From Chlamydiota bacterium (lineage in GTDB: Bacteria; Chlamydiota; Chlamydiia; Chlamydiales; Rhabdochlamydiaceae): DNA of 64,000 nt. The stretch spans positions 16,154 through 80,153 of the forward strand of contig JABDAY010000002.1 in assembly GCA_013288895.1 (NCBI GenBank), read 5' to 3'. Shown piece after piece: positions 16,583 through 26,435 of the stretch; positions within the stretch are counted from its first letter, which is position 1, and each line of letters opens with the position of its first letter. The position numbers and the translations under genes were made by a program. The notes below the pieces were generated by a model. That model was not told the DNA's origin. It was given only the letters and a program-made list of their open reading frames with translations, and did not search any database.

Positions 16583-17884
16583 TCACCTTCCAAAAAGGGT
16601 CTGTCCAAAAGGGGTCACACAAAAACACTCTTTGCCATCAATTGTAGCGGTAGCGGTGATTCCAGCCTCATATAACCAATCGAAGAGCACTGATTTAATA
16701 AAAAGTTGTTCTTCGTCTGTATATTCTGGAATGGTGTATTTCCACGTTCTACCCAGTTTTTTTAACATAATCGATGAGGTCTCATTTAGGGGGGCTAAAA
16801 CTCCTTTAAAAAACTCGTCAAAGGCAACCCATCCCTTGTTTAGTATCCTTATAATGCTTTTTTCGGCTTCTCGGATATTCTTTTCTGTGGCAAGGGGATG
16901 GATGAAGCGATTTAATGGGTGGCGATACACAAAGATAGCCCGATTTTCAAGAGGCATGTCTAGAAAGTCGTTTGCGGCATCTAATGCATAAAGCCTTCCA
17001 TCGACAATGTCAGCTAATTTTAAGAGGCGGAGTTTGTCAACAATTTTGCCAGTCATTGGGCTAGGAGTTTTTTTTACTTGGTTTAAAACAGCGCTCATTT
17101 CTTGAATGAAAGCAAAAGGTTTTGGATTCTCAATTTGCTTTGCAAAAGGTGACGGCTCTGTCTGTTTTAAAAATCTGAGGTATTCTCTGTACTCATGATA
17201 AGGGGTGACAACTTCTTTCCAAGTATTATTGATCTTTTCATAACCGAGACAGCACACAAAATTAAATTCTAAAACGAGAAGGTACTCTTCAAAACGCTCT
17301 CTTGTTAGTTGATATTTTTCAATAAGCACTTGAGAAGGGAGTTTAAGGTCTTCCGAATTGTAGACATCTTTTAGAATGGATGACATGACCGGCTCAGGAA
17401 ATTGAAGTTCCATGAGATAACGTTGAAAAATCTGGGGCGTGAGCAAATATTTTTCTACGAGAGATTCAAAGATGTTATTCGAAGTTCTCGGGATCGAATA
17501 CCATGTAGGCAGTATATGAATGGGCACTTTTTTCAGTAGATTCTGCAAAAAATCCATCCCGTTCTGATATTCCTCGTCGAACATGAGAATTTGCATTTCA
17601 TAATATTTGCGTCTATCCTTATCGACAGTGATCAGGTCCTCGTCGTAGGTGAGGAGGCCTGTTTTTGCAAATTTTTCCAAAATTGAAAAAAGTTCTGTCT
17701 CTTCAATATCGATATCTTTTGCGAGCTTTTTAACAGAAATACTGAGGGAACTATAAATGATCCCCTCAAGCACCTCTAAATCAATAATTGAAAACTGGGC
17801 TAAAAGGAGCCGATTTTCAATGTCCTTTCGATAATCGTAGTCAGAAAGTGTAATTTTATTTTTTCGAATTGTCGATTCAGCCAT
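16583..17884 (-). CDS. Hypothetical protein with repeated winged-helix-like segments
   Basis: Start chosen at MAESTIRKNK (17884); the longer track ORF would overlap leuS. No catalytic motif recognised. Confidence 0.55.
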   Translation of the reverse strand: MAESTIRKNKITLSDYDYRKDIENRLLLAQFSIIDLEVLEGIIYSSLSISVKKLAKDIDIEETELFSILEKFAKTGLLTYDEDLITVDKDRRKYYEMQILMFDEEYQNGMDFLQNLLKKVPIHILPTWYSIPRTSNNIFESLVEKYLLTPQIFQRYLMELQFPEPVMSSILKDVYNSEDLKLPSQVLIEKYQLTRERFEEYLLVLEFNFVCCLGYEKINNTWKEVVTPYHEYREYLRFLKQTEPSPFAKQIENPKPFAFIQEMSAVLNQVKKTPSPMTGKIVDKLRLLKLADIVDGRLYALDAANDFLDMPLENRAIFVYRHPLNRFIHPLATEKNIREAEKSIIRILNKGWVAFDEFFKGVLAPLNETSSIMLKKLGRTWKYTIPEYTDEEQLFIKSVLFDWLYEAGITATATIDGKECFCVTPFGQTLFGR

Positions 17885-17950
17885 GGGGAAAAATATAACA
17901 AAAAAAATGATATTTGTCTTCCATTTAACATTTTGGTATCCTGTTAGCGT

Positions 17951-20380
17951 ATGAAATACGATCACCAACATATAGAAGAAAAGTGGCAAAAGTATTGGGA
18001 AGATCACCAAACCTATAAGGTTGAGGTGGATAGATCTAAACCTAAATATTATATACTCGACATGTTTCCCTATCCTTCGGGAGCGGGGCTACACGTAGGG
18101 CATGTGACAGGCTATACAGCGACTGACATCATGTCCAGGTACAAACGACAAAAGGGGTTTAATGTCCTCCACCCCATGGGATGGGATAGCTTTGGCCTCC
18201 CTGCAGAGCAATATGCTATTCGGACAGGGACCCATCCGGCGGTTACGACCCAAAAAAATATTACTACATACAGAAGGCAACTAAAATCTCTTGGTTTTAG
18301 CTATGATTGGTCGCGCGAAATTGCTACAAGCGATCCCACATACTACAAGTGGACACAATGGATCTTCACGAAGCTCTATGAGAAAGGGCTTGCCTATGAA
18401 GCTGAGGTTCTTGTCAATTATTGCCCGGCGCTCGGCACTGTTTTATCTAACGAAGAAGTGGATATGGGCAGATCCAAAGAGGGGGGATACCCCATAGAAA
18501 GGCGCCCGCTGCGCCAATGGATGTTTAAAATCACCGCTTATGCAGATAGGCTGATTGAGGATCTGAATTTGATCGACTGGCCAGATCACTTAAAGAAGGC
18601 TCAAATCAATTGGATTGGAAGAAGTGAAGGGGCAAAGATCGATTTTGCAGAGGAAAAAACGGGCAATAAAATCACCGTTTTTACTACTTGCGCACACACC
18701 CTGCCTGGCGTGACCTTTCTAGTGCTCTCTCCTGAACATCCGCTTGTTTCTGAGTTGACCACTCCCGAGCAAAAAAAAGCTGTCACTGCGTATAAAAAGG
18801 AAGTAGCGGCAAAAAGCGATATGGAAAGGACCGACCTTGCTAAAGAAAAGACAGGTGTATGGACAGGATCTTATGCCACTAACCCCCTCAATGAAGACAA
18901 AATACCTATCTGGATTGCTGATTATGTCCTTATGGGCTATGGCACAGGCGCCGTTATGGGGGTTCCCGCGCACGATGAGCGGGATGAAGTATTTGCAAAA
19001 CTCTTTGATCTACCCATTATATCGGTTATTGATGAAAAAATGGATATTGAACAAACAAAAAATGAAGTGACAGATTGGCTCGAAAAGCATCAAAAAGGGG
19101 AGAGGTGTGTAAACTACAAGCTTAGAGACTGGCTTTTTTCTCGCCAACGTTACTGGGGAGAACCCTTTCCCATTTTGCATTTTGCTGACGGAACAAAACG
19201 GGTTTTAGATATTGACGAGCTTCCCCTTTGCCCGCCTAAACTAGACGATTTTAAACCCTCTGAATCAGGCGAGAGCCCTCTTGCTAAGGTCAAAGAGTGG
19301 GTGGAGATTGTCGATTTAAAAACAGGCCACAACGCCAAAAGAGAAACAAACACCATGCCCCAATGGGCAGGCTCTTGCTGGTACTATTTGCGCTTCTGCG
19401 ATCCTAAAAACGTCCAAGCTGCCTGGGGACAAGAGGCTGAAAACTACTGGATGCCGGTTGATCTCTATGTAGGAGGGATCGAGCACGCCGTGCTCCATCT
19501 CCTCTATGCGCGCTTTTGGCATAAGGTCCTTTTTGATTGCGGCCTAGTAACAACCAGCGAACCCTTTCAAACGCTGCGCAACCAAGGGCTTCTTGTATCC
19601 CGTTCTTTCCAAAGGGCAAATGGGGGCTATGTTCCACCTGAAGAAGTGGAAGAAAAAGGTGGGCGCTACTTCCAAATAGGGACAAACGACCCCCTTCTTT
19701 CTCAAATAGAAAAGATGTCAAAATCAAAACTCAACGGGATCACCCCCGATGAGATGATCGAAGAGTTTGGCGCAGATTCCTTGCGCTTATATGAAATGTT
19801 CATGGGTCCTTTTGATAAAGAGAAAGTATGGAATACCGATGCGGTAGCCGGCTGCAAGCGTTTCTTAAACAGGTTTTATGAGATGATCACCTCAGAAAAA
19901 GTGACAGATGAGGATGAAGGCGAAGCTTTAAAGCTAGGCCATAGACTTGTCCACGTCGTTGAAAAAGACATTGAGGCGATGAGCTTTAACACAGCCATAG
20001 CAAAAATGATGGAATTTATGAACGATTTCACCCCTCTTGAGAAATACCCCAAAAAAGTTCTCAAGATGGTCACGCAAGTGCTCTCTCCTTTTGCCCCTCA
20101 CATCGCTGAAGAGGCCTGGGAGATTTTGGGGGAGAGCCCCAGCATCACGAGCGTTCCTTTCCCCACAGTAGACCCAGCTTATCTCATCGATGAAACAATC
20201 CTCTACGTTGTGCAGGTTAACGGTAGGCTGCGCGGCAAATGGATGCTCCCCAAAGACAAAACCAAAGAAGAGCTTCTCGCTTTCATCAAACAGCAACCCC
20301 AAATTGCTCGTCACATCACTGGCGAAATTGAAAAGACAGTGTATGTCCCAAATAAGCTCCTCAATCTGGTAATCCCATGA
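17951..20380 (+). CDS. leuS: Leucyl-tRNA synthetase
   Basis: 809 aa with PYPSGAGLHVGHVTGY (HIGH) and KMSKSKLNG (KMSKS). Confidence 0.95.
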   Translation: MKYDHQHIEEKWQKYWEDHQTYKVEVDRSKPKYYILDMFPYPSGAGLHVGHVTGYTATDIMSRYKRQKGFNVLHPMGWDSFGLPAEQYAIRTGTHPAVTTQKNITTYRRQLKSLGFSYDWSREIATSDPTYYKWTQWIFTKLYEKGLAYEAEVLVNYCPALGTVLSNEEVDMGRSKEGGYPIERRPLRQWMFKITAYADRLIEDLNLIDWPDHLKKAQINWIGRSEGAKIDFAEEKTGNKITVFTTCAHTLPGVTFLVLSPEHPLVSELTTPEQKKAVTAYKKEVAAKSDMERTDLAKEKTGVWTGSYATNPLNEDKIPIWIADYVLMGYGTGAVMGVPAHDERDEVFAKLFDLPIISVIDEKMDIEQTKNEVTDWLEKHQKGERCVNYKLRDWLFSRQRYWGEPFPILHFADGTKRVLDIDELPLCPPKLDDFKPSESGESPLAKVKEWVEIVDLKTGHNAKRETNTMPQWAGSCWYYLRFCDPKNVQAAWGQEAENYWMPVDLYVGGIEHAVLHLLYARFWHKVLFDCGLVTTSEPFQTLRNQGLLVSRSFQRANGGYVPPEEVEEKGGRYFQIGTNDPLLSQIEKMSKSKLNGITPDEMIEEFGADSLRLYEMFMGPFDKEKVWNTDAVAGCKRFLNRFYEMITSEKVTDEDEGEALKLGHRLVHVVEKDIEAMSFNTAIAKMMEFMNDFTPLEKYPKKVLKMVTQVLSPFAPHIAEEAWEILGESPSITSVPFPTVDPAYLIDETILYVVQVNGRLRGKWMLPKDKTKEELLAFIKQQPQIARHITGEIEKTVYVPNKLLNLVIP

Positions 20381-20387
20381 AGAAGAA

Positions 20388-20497
20388 GATCGGGCACGCA
20401 CGCGGGCACGGGCACGGGCACGAAAGAAAGAAAAACTTAAGGCTCTCTTTCTTTCCGGATTTCGTGCCCGTGCCCGTGCCCGCGTGCGTGCCCGATC
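20388..20497. repeat. PAL-A palindromic element, followed by a T-rich tail
   Basis: The arms GATCGGGCACGCACGCGGGCACGGGCACGGGCACGAAAGAAAG / CTTTCTTTCCGGATTTCGTGCCCGTGCCCGTGCCCGCGTGCGTGCCCGATC are followed by TTTTTCTTT. It lies 7 nt after the leuS stop and 21 nt before the waaA ATG. Confidence 0.8.
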
Positions 20498-20518
20498 TTT
20501 TTCTTTGCAAGAGGATTT

Positions 20519-21766
20519 ATGATCTTTAGCTTATTCTATGATCTTATCCTACTATTGATTGGGCTTGTTGCATTACCCAAGCTGCTTTGGCAGTGTTTTC
20601 GTTTGGGGAAATATCGCAGCAGTTTTAAGGCGCGCTTTGGCCTTGGACTTCCCCCTATCGAGAATGTCGATATTTGGATCCATACCATCTCAGTAGGGGA
20701 GACAAGGGCCGCCCTTCCCTTATTTAAAGAGCTTAAAAAAAACTACCCGCAAGCAAAAATCATTATCTCGAATATCACAGAAACAGGTCATGCGGAGGCC
20801 AAAAGGAGCATGAAAGATGCAGACGCCCATTTCTTTTTGCCCCTCGATTTTTCTTTCATTATAAAAAAAGCGATAAAAAAGTTCCGCCCCAAACTCCTCA
20901 TTCTAGTTGAGAGTGATTTTTGGTATAACCTCCTCAAATCCACAAAAAAATCAGGGGCGAAAATTGCCCTAGTTAATGGAAAAATCTCTGAGCGCTCGTT
21001 TAAACGGTTCATGCTTCTCCCTTTCTTTCGCCATCCTTTATTTTCTTTAATCGATTGTTTTTGCCTCCAAAGTGAAACTTACGCCGAGCGGTTTTTAAAA
21101 ATGGGCATCCCACAGGAGAAAATCCACGTCACAGGCAACATGAAATTCGACATCCCCGTCAAAAAACTCACCCTCGAGGAAATCTCCACTTGGAAAGCCG
21201 ATCTAGGCATTACCCCAGAAGACCGGGTGATTGTCATAGGCTCTACCCATGACCCAGAAGAAGAGTGGCTCCTAGCCGCCCTTAAAGAAATCCCCAAATT
21301 AAAAATTATTCTTGTCCCTCGCCACCCAGAACGATTCTCTAAAATCCGAACCATGTCCGACCTTGCCTATTCCGAAAGAGCCCATAAAACAGGCAAAGAG
21401 AGGGTAATCCTCATAGATGCGATGGGGCACCTAAACTCCCTCTACCAACTCGCAGACATCGCCATAGTGGCCGGGAGCTTTGTGACCCACATTGGAGGCC
21501 ATAACGTCTTTGAACCGGCGAATTTTGGCATCCCAGTCCTCTTTGGGCCTCATATGTTTACCCAAACCGACCTTACAACAGCAGTCCTAACCTGCGGAGC
21601 TGGCCTCCAAGTCACCCTAGAAACCCTCCCTTCCACCGTCAAAGATCTCCTTTCCGATCCCCAAAAAAGACAAGCCATGCACCTCGCCGGCTTAAAACTC
21701 GCCGACTCTTCCCGCGGATCCTCCCATAAAACTTTTGAAACCATTAAAACTCTTGTGAATAAATAA
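20519..21766 (+). CDS. waaA: 3-deoxy-D-manno-octulosonic acid (Kdo) transferase
   Basis: IWIHTISVGETRAALPLFKELKK..; 415 aa. GT30 N-terminal signature with a membrane anchor. Confidence 0.88.
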   Translation: MIFSLFYDLILLLIGLVALPKLLWQCFRLGKYRSSFKARFGLGLPPIENVDIWIHTISVGETRAALPLFKELKKNYPQAKIIISNITETGHAEAKRSMKDADAHFFLPLDFSFIIKKAIKKFRPKLLILVESDFWYNLLKSTKKSGAKIALVNGKISERSFKRFMLLPFFRHPLFSLIDCFCLQSETYAERFLKMGIPQEKIHVTGNMKFDIPVKKLTLEEISTWKADLGITPEDRVIVIGSTHDPEEEWLLAALKEIPKLKIILVPRHPERFSKIRTMSDLAYSERAHKTGKERVILIDAMGHLNSLYQLADIAIVAGSFVTHIGGHNVFEPANFGIPVLFGPHMFTQTDLTTAVLTCGAGLQVTLETLPSTVKDLLSDPQKRQAMHLAGLKLADSSRGSSHKTFETIKTLVNK

Positions 21767-21806
21767 CTCATTGGTTAACATCCTACTGATTTTAAGCCAC
21801 ATTTAT

Positions 21807-21879
21807 CGCGGGGTGGAGCAGTGGTTAGCTCGTTGGGCTCATAACCCAAAGGCCGGAGGTTCGAATCCTTCCCCCGCTA
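21807..21879 (+). tRNA. Initiator tRNA-fMet (anticodon CAU)
   Basis: CGCGGGGTGGAGCAG..TTGGGCTCATAACCCAA..GGAGGTTCGAATCCTTC CCCCGCT A. It has a 1:72 mismatch and three G:C pairs closing the anticodon stem. No CCA is encoded. Confidence 0.85.
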
Positions 21880-21898
21880 ATTTCTCACGATTTTCCGC

Positions 21899-21972
21899 GG
21901 CGGCATAGCTCAGTTGGTTAGAGCATCGGAATCATAATCCGCAGGTCGTTGGTTCAAATCCGACTGCCGCTA
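21899..21972 (+). tRNA. tRNA with anticodon CAU (elongator Met or lysidine-modified Ile2)
   Basis: GGCGGCATAGCTCAGTTGGTTAGAGCATCGGAATCATAATCCGCAGGTCGTTGGTTCAAATCCGACTGCCGCTA folds as a cloverleaf by hand. Confidence 0.8.
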
Positions 21973-21990
21973 TTCCCAAAACAAATAACA

Positions 21991-22095
21991 AATATGTATT
22001 TAATCGTTATCACGTTAGGGATTATGGTTTATAGCCAGGGATGAAATCCTTGGAATTGGATCATAATTCATCATGCGCCCCAGAGGGACGCAGCT
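21991..22095 (+). repeat. R element copy 1: a ~100 bp structured repeat with core GTTAGGGATTATGGTTTATAGCCAGGGATGAAATCCYTGGAATTGGATCATAATTCAT
   Basis: Directly repeated at 25629-25735 and 26436-26540 in the same orientation. Contains the hairpin CCAGGGA-TGAAA-TCCCTGG. Confidence 0.6.
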
Positions 22096-22204
22096 TTTGT
22101 GCTTTATTATAAAAAAATTTACAATAAACTAAAATATTAACTAGTATTTACATTTTAATTAGAATTTGTTATAATTACTGTTAATTTTAAAAATTGGAGT
22201 AATT

Positions 22205-23170
22205 ATGGCTGCAGCAGCGTCTTCGTTTTCATCCTCGTCTCTTGTTCCTATATATGCAGGGGAAGGGGCAGATCCAATTTGCGTAGACGCAATGGAAAGC
22301 GCACTAAATAAGATTTTAGATGATCGATATCATCGTACTTGTCATATTACCTCCTTTTGGCCTGGCCAAGAGAGGATCTGGTCAGATCCAAAATCAATAG
22401 GCGCGTTGGTTGCTCCGGGCGGTCATCTGCCCCCCATTGCGTATGAGGTGGCTTCCCAGAAAACCTCGGAGGTGTATAAGCTCAGCAATAATGATTTTAA
22501 TGCAGTCATCGTAGCCTGTGGTCAAGAGTTGGGAAAATTACTTGCTCAATATGAAATTCCTACTTATGCCAGCTGCGCAGGAGCGTTAATGACCTCTGCA
22601 AGATTTAAAGAAGCAGCTATTCCAGTACTAGAAGTTCCCATAAAAGAATCCCCCTATTTTTCTTTATTTCCAGGATTAATGTTTGCCCCATTATTTCAAT
22701 TTAAACAGAAAACCACCCATGCTCACGTTTTTCAGGTACGCAAGATTAAAATCTTAAAAACAGGGACTTCTATTTCTTGTGCTCATATTAATGGCCCTGG
22801 ATTTATTGACGTTAAAGATATACCTGGAGCAGAAATTCTCTCTGAACATGCTGAACATGAAGACTTGTCACTCATCTGGGATTTGATACGTGAAGACAGT
22901 ACGGGCGATCTTCGTTGGGTACGTATCCATCCTAGTCGTATTGCTGATAGTGTATTTTATAAAGCAAAAGATGGCGCTCCCATGGTACTCACCGGAACTC
23001 ATTTAGAAATCGATTCAAAGTCTGTTCGCAGCAAAGAATTTCGAGATGCCATGAAGATAACAGCAGAAGAGCAAAAGGATCTTGCAGCCCAGCTAGAGCC
23101 TGATGATGAAAACCGTCAAGCGGCGATGAAAAGCCATCTTGTGAGCCTTGGGCTTCGCTGTAAACCTTAA
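22205..23170 (+). CDS. Hypothetical protein, possibly class I glutamine-amidotransferase-like (BPL_N-type) fold
   Basis: LVAPGGH, YASCAGALM (nucleophile-elbow-like) and LTGTHLE. The assignment is weak. Confidence 0.4.
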   Translation: MAAAASSFSSSSLVPIYAGEGADPICVDAMESALNKILDDRYHRTCHITSFWPGQERIWSDPKSIGALVAPGGHLPPIAYEVASQKTSEVYKLSNNDFNAVIVACGQELGKLLAQYEIPTYASCAGALMTSARFKEAAIPVLEVPIKESPYFSLFPGLMFAPLFQFKQKTTHAHVFQVRKIKILKTGTSISCAHINGPGFIDVKDIPGAEILSEHAEHEDLSLIWDLIREDSTGDLRWVRIHPSRIADSVFYKAKDGAPMVLTGTHLEIDSKSVRSKEFRDAMKITAEEQKDLAAQLEPDDENRQAAMKSHLVSLGLRCKP

Positions 23171-23403
23171 TTCCAGGGATGAAATCCCTGTCTACATGGA
23201 GAAACCTCCGTCTACATTCAGTATATTTTATATTAAGCATTTACATGAATAAAAAAGTTTCGTATCAGTACTATAGAGTTTCTTTTTTTGTAAATATTAT
23301 TTGACTTTATTCTATTTTTTAACTATAAATAAGTAAAAGGGCTTTAAACATAGAAGCTGTGATAGCGTCGTTATTTTTAGAAATATAAAACCGGGGGTTT
23401 TCA

Positions 23404-23811
23404 GTGAATAAACAACACCAAATAGTAAAAGGGTATTTAGATGCGGTATCGAAAATGGACTTCGATAATTTAATGAAACTTTGTACACCTCATGCGAAAA
23501 TTCATTCTCCCCATTTTGGAACGCTTGAAATTTCTGTTCATTATCAAAAGCTATTTGCCTCTGCAAAAAGTGTAAAAATGCGGCTAAAAGACACCTTTGT
23601 AGGGACAGAAAATAAGGACGCCGTCATTGGAGATTATGTGTCAAATTGGACAATGAAAGATGGACAATCAACAGGCGAACTTGAGTTGCTCTGCCTTTTT
23701 GCGCTTAGTCCCGACGGCAAGATAGCAGAAGTGAAGATGTATTATAACAGCCCTCACGCACAAGAAGCTTTTAATCTTAGCCATCAACCCATGAGACGGA
23801 CAGGAACCTAG
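23404..23811 (+). CDS. SnoaL/NTF2-like small protein
   Basis: 135 aa with a GTG start. IVKGYLDAVSKMDFDNLMKLCTPHAKIHSP is the typical N-terminal helix pattern of SnoaL-like proteins. Confidence 0.4.
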   Translation: MNKQHQIVKGYLDAVSKMDFDNLMKLCTPHAKIHSPHFGTLEISVHYQKLFASAKSVKMRLKDTFVGTENKDAVIGDYVSNWTMKDGQSTGELELLCLFALSPDGKIAEVKMYYNSPHAQEAFNLSHQPMRRTGT

Positions 23812-23869
23812 AAAATCTTCAACTTAATTAGGTTTAATGTTATCCTCTTGCTTAGAGGGACTTATAACC

Positions 23870-24985
23870 ATGAGTGAAGAAAAGCGCGTTATTAAATTAG
23901 AGCCGCCGTTGATCAATGAAGGAACTGTTTTAAGGAGAATCACAGGTACCCGCCCCGTGAGGGAAGGGACTTTTAATATATCCCTGGACGATTCGTGTAC
24001 TGGCAAGATGATTGTGAATTGTTATGGGCATGGGGGAGCAGGTTGGACCACCTTATTCGGGTCTGTCAATAGAGCGATCGAACTTTTTCGAACTGAAACG
24101 GATCAGAGTGTTCCTCTTCGGGTTATTGGAGCCGGCTGTATGGGGCTGACCATGGCCATCGAACTAGCCCGCCAGGGATTTAAGGTGGCTGGCATCACGA
24201 CTTTGGCGCTCTACGATACCGCTTCTTGGCGAGCGGGGGGCTATTGCGCCCTTCAATCTTTAAAAACAGCGCCGGAAGAACAAGAAAATGTCAATCAGAT
24301 TTGCGCAGAAACATTTAAAGTGTATCAACAGATCGATCTTGGCGATCATCCCTACATTACCAAAGAGGCCGTAGCTTTCATGCCTGTATATTACAGTAAA
24401 AGCGCCTCCTCTGGGATCGAAGATTTTGAGGCGAAGGGTCTTGTCCCTCCTCCTGAGGATGTCATACTCGAGTTCGGAAGGGGAGTCAGGCATCCAAATT
24501 TTGTGAGAGGGATGACCTATTATATGAACACGACAAAGCTTATGCAGCAATTGCTAAGAGAAGTAGAAAGGCTTTCGATCCCTATTGAAATTGGAGAAAT
24601 TGTTGCTTATGAGGAGGTCAAAGAAGCAGTTATTTTTAATTGCAGCGGCGTCGGGGCAAGAAAATTGAACAGAGACCCTTTTTTAACCCCCGTGAGAGGG
24701 CATTTGGTTTTATTAAATCCAGCCGCAAGCGCCTCGCCTATTGACTACATGATTTTAACAAAAGTTCCCCAGGACGATACAGAAGAATATGTTTATATTA
24801 TGCCCAAAGACACCGTAGTCTTCTCTGAACACCCGCACGAAATAGACTGCCGAGCGGTATTAGGGGGCACCTTTATTCCTATCCCAGAAAATATATCGGC
24901 AAAAGAGCTTGAAGAACTCGACAGAATCGAGTTCAAAAAGCTCCTCGACCGCAACTCCCTCTTCTTCCACGGCGTTCCCTTTTAA
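23870..24985 (+). CDS. FAD-dependent D-amino-acid-oxidase (DAO) family protein with circularly permuted domain order
   Basis: The normally C-terminal segment (ITGTRPVR..IVNCYGHGGAGWTTLFGSVNRAIELF) precedes the dinucleotide-binding motif LRVIGAGCMGLTMAIELARQG. NCSGVGARKLNRDPFLTPVRGH and LGGTF follow. An alternative start is at 23837. Confidence 0.75.
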   Translation: MSEEKRVIKLEPPLINEGTVLRRITGTRPVREGTFNISLDDSCTGKMIVNCYGHGGAGWTTLFGSVNRAIELFRTETDQSVPLRVIGAGCMGLTMAIELARQGFKVAGITTLALYDTASWRAGGYCALQSLKTAPEEQENVNQICAETFKVYQQIDLGDHPYITKEAVAFMPVYYSKSASSGIEDFEAKGLVPPPEDVILEFGRGVRHPNFVRGMTYYMNTTKLMQQLLREVERLSIPIEIGEIVAYEEVKEAVIFNCSGVGARKLNRDPFLTPVRGHLVLLNPAASASPIDYMILTKVPQDDTEEYVYIMPKDTVVFSEHPHEIDCRAVLGGTFIPIPENISAKELEELDRIEFKKLLDRNSLFFHGVPF

Positions 24986-24995
24986 CGAGTAAAAG

Positions 24996-25517
24996 TTAGT
25001 TTGGCTTTACGGAGGAGCCTTTCTTCCCTGTTAGTGCTGCTGCTCCTAAACAACAACTAGTTAGGAGGATGATAAAACCTCCGCTAGCGCCAGCTCCAAA
25101 ATAGCCTATACCTACCTGTTTCATGGTCAAAATTCCTGCTATATTAAGAGCGCCAAGAGTGCAAATAACAGCGTAAACAAGGGCGGCAATGATAAAGATT
25201 GTTTTATTAAGCTTCCCGGTTTCTTTATCTTTAAAGGCGCCGCTAGCGGCATACAATAAGAAACCACTGCCAGCAAGAGCGACGACTGTTGGGCCAAACG
25301 CAACTACATTTGTAAACGAACCCTTTAGACCCGAGCACACAACACCAAGTAAAGCAATTCCCACAAGAGTTGCGATACATAGTGCGAGACCTCTTAGACA
25401 ACTAGCTCCTCTAGCCACTTGACTTGGTGTATACTTTGCGGCGGCAGCAGAACTCCCATATGCTTCAGGGCTGGCGCTCCTGTATGCTTCAGGGCTGACA
25501 CTGATTTCGGATGACAT
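24996..25517 (-). CDS. Small four-segment hydrophobic membrane protein (Inc-like), copy 1
   Basis: 173 aa: MSSEISVSPEAYRSASPEAY.., then two paired hydrophobic lobes. Paralogue of 25806-26324. Confidence 0.55.
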   Translation of the reverse strand: MSSEISVSPEAYRSASPEAYGSSAAAAKYTPSQVARGASCLRGLALCIATLVGIALLGVVCSGLKGSFTNVVAFGPTVVALAGSGFLLYAASGAFKDKETGKLNKTIFIIAALVYAVICTLGALNIAGILTMKQVGIGYFGAGASGGFIILLTSCCLGAAALTGKKGSSVKPN

Positions 25518-25628
25518 TTTTTCCTCCTTTGTGTTTAAAAAATTTTTTCTTTAACGACAGGATCCATTATAACAACACACCCATTAAGAAAAAAACACAA
25601 AGATTTTCTATTATATGATTAAAATTAG

Positions 25629-25735
25629 AAATATATTTAATCTTTATCCTGTTAGGGATTATGGTTTATAGCCAGGGATGAAATCCCTGGAATTGGATCA
25701 TAATTCATGGTGCGCCCAAGCGGGGCATACGCATC
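25629..25735 (+). repeat. R element copy 2
   Basis: See 21991-22095. It lies ~110-220 nt upstream (minus sense) of the ORF at 24996-25517. Confidence 0.6.
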
Positions 25736-25805
25736 AACTAAGCTCGCTAACGCTCGCAATTCCCTCCTCTTCCACGGCGTGCCCTTTTAACGAGTAAAAG
25801 TTAGT

Positions 25806-26324
25806 TTAGCTTTGCGAGGCGGCTTTATTCTTTGCTTCTTTTACTTTCTTCAATGCTTCTCCCATTGTTCCGTCTAGATAGCTACCAATGCAGAAGACAG
25901 GCACCGAGCTGCCCATAGCTCCGAAATAGCCTATACCTACCTGTTTCATGGTCAAAATTCCTGCTATATTAAGAGCACCCAAGGTACAAACAACAGCAGC
26001 AAAAATGGCGCAAATTATAAACACTGTTTTATTATTTCTAAAGTTACCGCCAGCGGCACTCAACAGAAAACCAGCACCAGCAAGAACGACGACTGTAAGA
26101 CCAAATGCAGCTACATTTGTAAACGAACCTGTTAGACCCGAGCACACAACAGCAAATAAGGCGACTCCCGCAAGACATGCGATACATTTTGCAAGACCTC
26201 TTAGACAACTAGCTCCTCTAGGCACTTGACTTGGTGTATGCTTTGCGGGGGCAGTAGGGTTCTTGTATGCTTCAAGGCTGGCGCTCCTGTATGCTTCAGG
26301 GCTGACACTGATTTCGGATGACAT
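25806..26324 (-). CDS. Small hydrophobic membrane protein (Inc-like), copy 2
   Basis: 172 aa. The N-terminus MSSEISVSPEAYRSASLEAY is identical in pattern to copy 1. Part of a ~805 bp tandem duplication. Confidence 0.55.
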   Translation of the reverse strand: MSSEISVSPEAYRSASLEAYKNPTAPAKHTPSQVPRGASCLRGLAKCIACLAGVALFAVVCSGLTGSFTNVAAFGLTVVVLAGAGFLLSAAGGNFRNNKTVFIICAIFAAVVCTLGALNIAGILTMKQVGIGYFGAMGSSVPVFCIGSYLDGTMGEALKKVKEAKNKAASQS

Positions 26325-26435
26325 TTTTTCCTCCTTTGTGTTTAAAAAGTTTTTTCTTTAACGACAGGATCTATTGTAACAACACACCCATTAAGAAAAA
26401 AACACAAAGATTTTCTATTATATGATTAAAATTAG

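Noticed and set aside
21991-22095. The R element as a duplicated tRNA 3' fragment (a classical att site).
   Set aside because: The sequence does not match the 3' halves of either adjacent tRNA, and it has no T-arm consensus. It is kept as an unexplained repeat instead.
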